From contig JBKHHD010000006.1 in assembly GCA_046539325.1 (NCBI GenBank), forward strand, positions 3,898 through 67,897: a stretch of 64,000 nt of DNA, read 5' to 3'. Of the stretch, positions 18,254 through 24,833 are shown in pieces. Position numbers and translations under genes: made by a program. The notes below the pieces were generated by a model. The model was given only the letters and a program-made list of their open reading frames with translations, did no database searches and had not been told where the DNA came from. This stretch comes from Candidatus Aenigmatarchaeota archaeon (GTDB lineage: Archaea > Aenigmatarchaeota > Aenigmatarchaeia > PWEA01). The number at the start of each line of letters is the position of its first letter. The first letter of the stretch is position 1.

Positions 18254-18607
18254 TTACCCATCGCTACTTGTCAAGTACTCCTCTTTACCTCTTCTGCCCT
18301 CTCTAAGCTCTTCTTGTGTCGCTTCTTCAATTTCCTCGTAATCAGTTTCTAATTCACCGTCCAAAAACTCTTTGTACTTACTTTTACCTGACAAAGGAGA
18401 TTTCCTATAATCAAGTTCAGCTGAATAAAAAGCCTCATTTGCGCTCTCAAATTCCCCATCTTCAAGTTTTCCGAGGGCATCTCTATGTAAGGAACTTTTA
18501 TCAGTTCTCGTTTTGAGTCTTACCTCGATATAGACTTCAGGCGGAAAAATTAAACGGTTAGCCTTGAGGCTACCCCATACGAAAGCTATTCTACATACCT
18601 TTATATA
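18254..18607 (-). other. 117-codon open frame with protein-like composition but no ATG/GTG/TTG start (possible pseudogene or non-canonical start)
   Basis: My translation: ..IAFVWGSLKANRLIFPPEVYIEVRLKTRTDKSSLHRDALGKLEDGEFESANEAFYSAELDYRKSPLSGKSKYKEFLDGELETDYEEIEEATQEELREGRRGKEEYLTSSDG*; absent from the ORF track. Confidence 0.35.
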
Positions 18608-18646
18608 TTAAGGTAAAGTTATTTTACTTAAGCCGGAGGTTGAAAG

Positions 18647-18901
18647 GTGCCTAACAAAATAGACGAAGACGAGGTTTCTGGAATAGACAAAGAAATATTA
18701 GAGATTCTAACGAAGGAAAAGGATCCAATAACAACTTATAGGATTGCTAAAAAAATCGATGTCTCCTGGTCAACTGCCAATACCCATTTGAAGGACCTTC
18801 AGATAGAGGGTCTAGTAGAATCAAAGGAAGAGGAAAATAAGGGCAAGAAATCAAGGGTCTGGTGGGTAGAACAAGACAGCTTGGATAAGTTCTTGAAATA
18901 A
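18647..18901 (+). CDS. small winged-helix DNA-binding protein
   Basis: GTG start after GGAGGT; ILEILTKEKDPITTYRIAKKIDVSWSTANTHLKDLQIEGLVE is a wHTH pattern. Confidence 0.65.
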   Translation: MPNKIDEDEVSGIDKEILEILTKEKDPITTYRIAKKIDVSWSTANTHLKDLQIEGLVESKEEENKGKKSRVWWVEQDSLDKFLK

Positions 18902-18908
18902 AAGTAAA

Positions 18909-18980
18909 GGGTGGGGCAGGCTCCAAAGAGCCCGGCTCGGAACACCCCCATGGTCCGAGAAATACGTGTACACCCCACCT
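18909..18980. ncRNA. candidate structured RNA element (closing stem plus two hairpins)
   Basis: GGTGGGG(18910-16)/CCCCACC(18973-79) encloses GGCTC-CAAA-GAGCC and CTCGGA-12nt-TCCGAG; a GC-rich island in AT-rich spacer, followed by TTTTT. Confidence 0.3.
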
Positions 18981-19087
18981 ATGCACTATTTTTACCAACC
19001 AATCTATTTAAGCTTTTCCCAAAACAAGCTAACCTTTTTATATCAATGTATAAATATATGAAGATAGAAAGAGATCTGGAACAAACT

Positions 19088-19176
19088 CGTGGTCGGGGTT
19101 GAAGATGCTTCTGTGACACCCCCTAAACCCCAAGCAAATAAACTCCAATAGGTGTGGAGGAAATACCCCGACCACG
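19088..19176. ncRNA. candidate structured RNA or 5' leader closed by a perfect 12-bp stem
   Basis: CGTGGTCGGGGT(19088-99)/ACCCCGACCACG(19165-76); TATAAATA box at 19049-56 about 30 nt upstream; lies 59 nt before the radical-SAM ATG. Confidence 0.3.
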
Positions 19177-19234
19177 TCCCCAACATATTTCTTGTACCAT
19201 GAAGAATTTAACCTCTCTTGAATAAGATAAGGTA

Positions 19235-20836
19235 ATGAAGTCAAAAAATGTCCTTATAGTCGATGGCTACGTTGATGAGCCAAGTACTCTAGGTGTACCT
19301 CCATACATCGCGCCACAGATAAGGATGATAGCAGGCTGTCTTGAGGAACTTGGCCTCAGCTGGAGCTACACCACAGCCGATGAGTACAGGGAAAACGGGC
19401 TCCGAAACGCAGAGAAGGTCATAGTGTACGGCGGTGTAACAGTTCCTGGCAAATATCTCCGCGGGACTCCGCTCAGCGAGAGAGAAGTAGGAGAAATAGG
19501 AAGTACCACCATAGAGACGTTTCTGGGAGGACCGCTGGCCAGGCATGGTGAAGTTAAAGGCTTCGATTACTACTCATACAAAGACCTCTCGGCATATTTC
19601 TACGAGCACGAGAAAGGAAATGATGAAGATAGATGGGCTGACAGAGAAGAGATGGAGAGGTGGCTGAAAAAGGGAAGTAAGGTCGTCGAGGAGCACCCTG
19701 ACTTCCCTGATCCGTTGATAGCTGAGATAAGTCTTTACAGGGGCTGTGTCAGATACTTCACAGGTGGTTGTTCCTTTTGTTCGGAATCAGAGTACGGAAA
19801 GCCGGAGTTCAGGGAACAGAGCGATGTCGTAGAGGAAATAAAAGGGCTTTATGAACTAGGAGTAAGGAACTTCAGAATAGGCGGACAGTCCTGTACCGTA
19901 AGCTATATGGCGGAAGGTGTCGGTCAAACAGAAACGCCCAAACCAATGCCAGGTGAGATCAAAGAACTGTTCGACGGTATCTGGAAGGAATGCCCGAAAA
20001 TAAAGGTCCTGCATCTGGACAACGCAAACCCATCTGTAATAGCTTCCTGGCCAGAGAGATCAAAGGAAATAATTGAAATTCTAGTGGAAAATACTACGCC
20101 AGGGAATATCCTAGCATTGGGTCTCGAAACAGCTGATGAAATAGTAAAGGAGAAGAACAACCTAAACTCCTCGTCTGAAGAAGCCATGAAAGCAGTAAGG
20201 ATAATAAACGAAACTGGAAGGAAAAGAGGTGAAAATGGAATGCCACAGCTCCTTCCGGGTCTAAACTTCCTCGGTGGTCTGAAGGGGGAAACAGCAGAAA
20301 CCTATGAGAAGAACTTTCGTTTTCTGAAAAAAATCATGGACGAAGATCTTCTCCTCCGAAGGATAAATATAAGACAGGTCCTTTCAAAGAACGAAGAGTT
20401 GAAGACGGAAAACAAAAATGAGTTCAGAGAGTTCAAGAAGAAAGTAAGGGAAGAGATAGACAGACCTATGCTGAAAAAGATATTACCCAAGGGAACGGTT
20501 CTCAAGAATGTCTACATGGAGAAACATGACGGAAAAAAGACCTTCGGACGTCAGATCGGAACCTATCCTCTTCTTGTCGGTGTGAACTATTCACTTGAAC
20601 TGGGGAGATATTATGATATCGTAATCACTGACTACGGCTACAGAAGCGTAACCGGACTACGTCATCCTTTCTACATAAACGAAGCAAGTTTCAAAGAGCT
20701 CAAGGCTGTGCCAGGAATAGGAGAAAATCGTGCATCGAATATATTCCAAGAGAAACCACAGGACGAAGAGAAACTAAGAGAACTCGTAGCTAACGAAGAG
20801 GATTTCAAGAAAATTATGGACTATGTCGAAATATAA
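19235..20836 (+). CDS. radical SAM protein with C-terminal helix-hairpin-helix (archaeal COG1031-like)
   Basis: Cys cluster CVRYFTGGCSFC; C-terminal LKAVPGIGENRASNIF HhH motif. Confidence 0.7.
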   Translation: MKSKNVLIVDGYVDEPSTLGVPPYIAPQIRMIAGCLEELGLSWSYTTADEYRENGLRNAEKVIVYGGVTVPGKYLRGTPLSEREVGEIGSTTIETFLGGPLARHGEVKGFDYYSYKDLSAYFYEHEKGNDEDRWADREEMERWLKKGSKVVEEHPDFPDPLIAEISLYRGCVRYFTGGCSFCSESEYGKPEFREQSDVVEEIKGLYELGVRNFRIGGQSCTVSYMAEGVGQTETPKPMPGEIKELFDGIWKECPKIKVLHLDNANPSVIASWPERSKEIIEILVENTTPGNILALGLETADEIVKEKNNLNSSSEEAMKAVRIINETGRKRGENGMPQLLPGLNFLGGLKGETAETYEKNFRFLKKIMDEDLLLRRINIRQVLSKNEELKTENKNEFREFKKKVREEIDRPMLKKILPKGTVLKNVYMEKHDGKKTFGRQIGTYPLLVGVNYSLELGRYYDIVITDYGYRSVTGLRHPFYINEASFKELKAVPGIGENRASNIFQEKPQDEEKLRELVANEEDFKKIMDYVEI

Positions 20837-20847
20837 AGAAAGTGAAA

Positions 20848-21600
20848 CTAAACAACCTTGATCTGACCGGTGTCTCTCAGCTGAATTCTAGGTTGATTTT
20901 TGTAAGTAGTAATCAAGCCTTCGGTTCTTACGGTTTTGTTCTCGTAACTCTCTAACCTTCTTGAAAATCTCCCTTGATAATCATCCCAAATTATAGCTGC
21001 GAAACAATTATCGGGATATTTTCCACCGAAGTTGAGATAGGTTATACCATCTCCTCTGTTTACTTCGCTGACCTCGCCCTGAACAATCTCTACCTCAGAT
21101 ACATATTTTTCGGCCTCGCATGGATGCACAGAGTTTGAAGCAGTCATATTTTTATTCCAAAGACACCCTCTGTTGTTTTCTATTGCTCTCCTTTCTGCCT
21201 CTATCATTTTATCTATGTACTTTTCTCCGGGATCAAAGTAATGGGTATATGCGAGGCCTTCCCGAACCAGTTTCTTGTTTATATTTCGTTCCTCTTTAAA
21301 GATATAGGATAAGTTTCTTCCGTAGGTACCTTCTCCAACGGTTTCGACCTTCACCTCAGTTCCGTTTACCTTTTCCGTCAACCACTCCTTTGCTTCTTCA
21401 TAACATTCATTGCCAACCTCGGTACTGTCCACTCCCATCAACCTAACTTTACCGCTGTCCTCAATAACTACAGTGTCTCCATCAATGACTTCTGTAACAT
21501 TACCTTTCATTGTCTTGGTTTTCTTCACACGAGGTGATGAGAAATATAAAAGCAAAAACCCAAGGAAAAGGACAACAAGAAAAATGTTTCTTGTTTTCAA
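20848..21600 (-). CDS. membrane-anchored/secreted thermonuclease (SNase) fused to a C-terminal OB-fold domain
   Basis: N-terminal TM IFLVVLFLGFLLLYF; DGDTVVIEDSGKVRLMGVDSTEV..GRNLSYIF..LVREGLA SNase motifs; C-terminal VEIVQGEVSEV..FAAIIWDD..VRTEGLITTYKNQPRIQL OB pattern. Confidence 0.8.
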   Translation of the reverse strand: MKTRNIFLVVLFLGFLLLYFSSPRVKKTKTMKGNVTEVIDGDTVVIEDSGKVRLMGVDSTEVGNECYEEAKEWLTEKVNGTEVKVETVGEGTYGRNLSYIFKEERNINKKLVREGLAYTHYFDPGEKYIDKMIEAERRAIENNRGCLWNKNMTASNSVHPCEAEKYVSEVEIVQGEVSEVNRGDGITYLNFGGKYPDNCFAAIIWDDYQGRFSRRLESYENKTVRTEGLITTYKNQPRIQLRDTGQIKVV

Positions 21601-21614
21601 CTTAGCACCTGTTT

Positions 21615-21773
21615 CTAAGCAAAGAACTTGAGAACACTGACTACGCCTATTAGAGAGGCTGATAAAATTATTACCTGTATAGGAGTAAGCTTGATCTTCT
21701 CCGGCGACTCGTCGAAGTAACGCGTGAGACCTGCAAAACCCGAAGGCATCTTGTTCTCGTTCTTCTTTGCCAT
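21615..21773 (-). CDS. preprotein translocase subunit Sec61-beta (SecG, archaeal)
   Basis: Not in the ORF track (52 aa). My translation MAKKNENKMPSGFAGLTRYFDESPEKIKLTPIQVIILSASLIGVVSVLKFFA* matches the archaeal Sec61-beta pattern AGLxRYxDE plus a C-terminal TM. Confidence 0.8.
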   Translation of the reverse strand: MAKKNENKMPSGFAGLTRYFDESPEKIKLTPIQVIILSASLIGVVSVLKFFA

Positions 21774-21869
21774 AATATCCACCTCATTCTTATCCTCTAA
21801 ACCTTATAAATCTCACGGAGCCAGAAAGTTTTTTATATCTAAAGGGGCTAATTCAAAGCGCTACCTTAA

Positions 21870-22004
21870 GGGAGGGTAGCTCAGCTCGGGAGAATACAAA
21901 AGCAAGGCTTTTGATTTTCGCCCATAGGAAATCCCGAAAGCGCTAGACTGAAGATCTATATGGAAATCTAGTTGTCGGGGGTTCGAATCCCTCCCCTCCC
22001 ACCA
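21870..22004 (+). tRNA. tRNA-Phe(GAA) with two non-canonical introns and encoded CCA
   Basis: GGGAGGG-TA-GCTC-AGCTCGGGA-GA[46 nt, 21894-21939]GC-G-CTAGA-CTGAAGA-TCTA[12 nt, about 21959-21970]G-TTGTC-GGGGG-TTCGAAT-CCCTC-CCCTCCC-A-CCA; TTTTTTATATC box ~30 nt upstream. Confidence 0.85.
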
Positions 22005-22051
22005 TCCTTCTGATAAAGCTTATTAGTACTGGCGAAGAATAATATGTTGTT

Positions 22052-22576
22052 ATGCAGATTCCTATAGTTGGTCTTGGCGAGATGTCCTCCGAAACTATCA
22101 AAAGAATGAAGAGTATGCTTAACAAGGACTTCAAAAAGCTGAAGTTTTACACTGCCGGAAGGTCCGAATTTCCTGAGAACAGCTTCAATGACTTCAGAGA
22201 CCAGTACATGGCCGAAAGGCTGATGGACGAGTTTCGGGAGGACGGAATACAGGTAATCGTCACTGACGAAGATGTATACAGCAAAAGAAAGAACTACGTG
22301 TTTGGTGAATCTGAGTACAGAGGGCCTGCAGTAGTCAGCACCAAGAGGCTCGACCCTGCCTTCTACGATAGAGAAGGTGACAAAGAGAAAGCATTTCGAA
22401 GAATGGAAAAGGTCGCCGTGCATCAACTAGGCCATTGCTTCGGCATGGACAACTGTGAGAATCCTGGCTGTGTCATGAATTCACCCAGCTCAGTAAAAGA
22501 TCTGGACGATGGAAGCGCCGGCTTCTGTGAGGAATGCCAGGTAGAGATCTCTACGAAGGGCCTTCCGCTCAAATAG
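22052..22576 (+). CDS. amzA: archaemetzincin (peptidase M54) with Gln in place of the catalytic Glu
   Basis: HQLGHCFGMDNCENPGCVM...FCEEC fits H-E-x-x-H-x-x-G-x3-C-x4-C-x-M-x17-C-x-x-C except for E->Q (CAA at 22424-22426). Confidence 0.85.
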   Translation: MQIPIVGLGEMSSETIKRMKSMLNKDFKKLKFYTAGRSEFPENSFNDFRDQYMAERLMDEFREDGIQVIVTDEDVYSKRKNYVFGESEYRGPAVVSTKRLDPAFYDREGDKEKAFRRMEKVAVHQLGHCFGMDNCENPGCVMNSPSSVKDLDDGSAGFCEECQVEISTKGLPLK

Positions 22577-22617
22577 ATTTAAAAGACTCTGCTTCATTAA
22601 AGTTCTGGGGTGTCCTT

Positions 22618-23700
22618 ATGCAGAAAGCAAGGATAGAAGATGGGAAAATAACCGTCGAAGAAGATCCGGAAGAAGTCTTCCAGCTTGGCGGATACGGAAA
22701 GCTTGAGAGTGGAGGACTTATCTTAAAGCCGGTGGAGGCTATGAGCCTTCTACAGAGGGAGAAGATCGAAGTGGTTAAAGACGGAGAGAATCTTACAGAG
22801 GAGGAACTGTACAAAGAAGCCTGTAGTATGACTGAAGGCTTCCATGAAGAGTTGCTTGTATATCAGGATATGAGGAGAAGGGGTTTCGTAGTTAGGCCTG
22901 GTTACTCCTTTCCCTGTGACCTAAGAGTCTACGAAAGAGGCACATCCTTCGACGAGGACGAGAAGAAGTTGAACCACGTCAAGTGGCTCGTCGACGTTGT
23001 AAGGACTGATTCTGACTTCTCTCTTGTGGAGAAGATAAAGAAGGTTGAGAACGCTGACAACATAAGAGCAAAGCTTGCCCTCGGAATCGTAGACGAAGAA
23101 GGCGATGTAACATACTACGAGGTCGATAAAGAGAAGAAGTTGAACAGTAAAACTTCCAAAGATCTGGACGGTACGGAAAGGGCGAAGGGATTTCTGGATG
23201 GAAACACGGTCACGGTCTGGGAAAACCTTGAAGGAATATACGAACCACATTACTTTGGCAAGAAGAGGAAGAGTAGGATAGAGCTTAACCTAATGGAGGC
23301 CGTTTTCCTTGCTGAAAGGGACAAGCTTGAGGTTGCAAGGGGCGAAGAAAAAGTAACTGTAGAAGAGCTTCTCGAGATAGCAAGGGAAAAAGATATAGAG
23401 TTCGAGGACAAATATAAGGTATACGAGGATCTGAGAGAAAAGGGGTTCCTTGTAAAGTGTGGGTTCAAATTTGGGACGCATTTCCGCGTCTACGACCGCG
23501 GCGTTGAACTTAAAAGAGGCCAGAAAAGTCCTGACGAGCATACGAAGTGGGTAGTCCATGCTGTCCCTTCAGATGAAAAGTGGTCGTATCCAGAGCTTTC
23601 GCGCTTCGTCAGACTAGCTTTAAATATTAGGAGCAAACCAACATTAGGCGTCGTGGACAAATCAAAAAAATACTACAGAATAAGGAGGATAAAACCATGA
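22618..23700 (+). CDS. endA: tRNA-splicing endonuclease, two-repeat (alpha2-like) architecture
   Basis: C-terminal repeat GFKFGTHFRVYDRG...HTKWVVHAV...ALNIRSKP; N-terminal repeat GYSFPCDLRVYERG...HVKWLVDVV...ADNIRAKL; start moved from 22534 to ATG 22618. Confidence 0.85.
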   Translation: MQKARIEDGKITVEEDPEEVFQLGGYGKLESGGLILKPVEAMSLLQREKIEVVKDGENLTEEELYKEACSMTEGFHEELLVYQDMRRRGFVVRPGYSFPCDLRVYERGTSFDEDEKKLNHVKWLVDVVRTDSDFSLVEKIKKVENADNIRAKLALGIVDEEGDVTYYEVDKEKKLNSKTSKDLDGTERAKGFLDGNTVTVWENLEGIYEPHYFGKKRKSRIELNLMEAVFLAERDKLEVARGEEKVTVEELLEIAREKDIEFEDKYKVYEDLREKGFLVKCGFKFGTHFRVYDRGVELKRGQKSPDEHTKWVVHAVPSDEKWSYPELSRFVRLALNIRSKPTLGVVDKSKKYYRIRRIKP

Positions 23701-24824
23701 AAATAGACAACTTGAAGGTCAAAGATATAGTTGATGAAGAATTTTTTTCCGTTTCGACGGAAGACAATCTAAAAGAAGTCCTTAACAAAATCAGGGAGAA
23801 AAATGCTTTTGCAGTACCGGTTATGAAGGATGGTGAGCTGGAAGGTATGATAACATGGAGGAAGATAATCCAGAGGTCGGCTCCACCGAAAACAAAGGTC
23901 AAAAAACTTATAAGCCATCCACCTAAGATCGATTCGAATATAACAGTGGTAGAGCTTGCAGAGAAGATGCTTGAAACTGGCTCGAGGGCAGTTCCTGTCT
24001 ACGATAACAATGAGTTTTTAGGGGTTGTCACACAAAGTGAAGTCATAGGAGCCGTGTCAAAGGACAATAGCTTCTCGGGAAAGAAAGCCGGTGCTATTTC
24101 CACAGAACTCAAAACTATAAGAGAAGATGAATCAATAGGAAAGGCAAAGGCAATGATGAGGGAGAACAGGATTGCGAGGCTTCCTGTTGTCGATAAGGAC
24201 GATGACTTGGTTGGTTCCGTAGATCTTTCAGGCATTGTAAAGACTTTCCATCCTGAAAGGGCTATGAAGCTTGGCGAGAAAAAGGGCGACTCTTTGCCGG
24301 AGAGGGATTCCCCTGTGACAAGTATAATGAATAAGTCTCCCGTGACCGTTCCGTACAATTCAAATATACAGGAAGTGGCCAAGGAGATTTCAAGGGGTGA
24401 CGGCCTATACGCAATAACCATGGAGGAAAACAAGCCCCAAGGTATAGTTACTCCTAAGGACATCGTTGAACTGATAGCCTCGCGGAAGAAAAAGGAAGGT
24501 GCCTACATACAGGTTGCCGGAGTCCAGGACGTCGACTCCTTCATGAAGGACAAGATACTTGATTCTGCTGAAAGGAAGGTCCAGAAGGCAGGGAGGATGT
24601 TCAAGGAAGTTCAGAGACTTATTCTACACGTAAAAACTCAGAACGTTGAAGGAAATCAGAGGCAGTATTCTACAAGAGCAAGGTTATACACTTCAAACGG
24701 ACTTTTCACAGCAACCCAGGACTGGGAGTGGGATCTACTTGATTCCGTTCAGGGCTGCTTGGAAAAGATAGACAAACAGATGACAAAGAAGCATGATAAG
24801 CAGATAGACAGAAACAGGGGATAG
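23697..24824 (+). CDS. four-CBS-domain protein fused to an HPF/RaiA (S30AE)-like C-terminal domain
   Basis: Four CBS repeats (aa ~8-262). The C-terminus IQVAGVQ..FMKDKILDSAERKVQKAG..LILHVKTQ..YSTRARLYTSNGLFTATQ..DLLDSVQGCLEKIDKQMTKKHDK is collinear with E. coli YfiA beta-alpha-beta-beta-beta-alpha elements. Confidence 0.65.
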   Translation: MKIDNLKVKDIVDEEFFSVSTEDNLKEVLNKIREKNAFAVPVMKDGELEGMITWRKIIQRSAPPKTKVKKLISHPPKIDSNITVVELAEKMLETGSRAVPVYDNNEFLGVVTQSEVIGAVSKDNSFSGKKAGAISTELKTIREDESIGKAKAMMRENRIARLPVVDKDDDLVGSVDLSGIVKTFHPERAMKLGEKKGDSLPERDSPVTSIMNKSPVTVPYNSNIQEVAKEISRGDGLYAITMEENKPQGIVTPKDIVELIASRKKKEGAYIQVAGVQDVDSFMKDKILDSAERKVQKAGRMFKEVQRLILHVKTQNVEGNQRQYSTRARLYTSNGLFTATQDWEWDLLDSVQGCLEKIDKQMTKKHDKQIDRNRG

Positions 24825-24833
24825 TAAGCTAAT

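Noticed and set aside
19088-19176. Classifying the 12-bp-stem element as a C/D-box or H/ACA guide RNA.
   Set aside because: TGAAGATG is only an approximate C box and there is no D box (CUGA) near the 3' stem. ACA lies 6 nt beyond the stem rather than adjacent, and no K-turn is evident.
18178-19234. Integrated element next to tRNA-Asn, or an SRP RNA / RNase P RNA in the 18.9-19.2 kb spacer.
   Set aside because: There is no integrase, and I could find no repeat of the tRNA-Asn 3' end. The two GC-rich islands are separated by ~100 nt of promoter-like AT-rich DNA. They also lack the conserved SRP helix-8 and RNase P CR-I/CR-V motifs I can recall.
21943-22426. Track ORFs 21943..22134(-) and 21968..22426(-).
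   Set aside because: They overlap tRNA-Phe and run antisense to the archaemetzincin gene, which has a full family signature.
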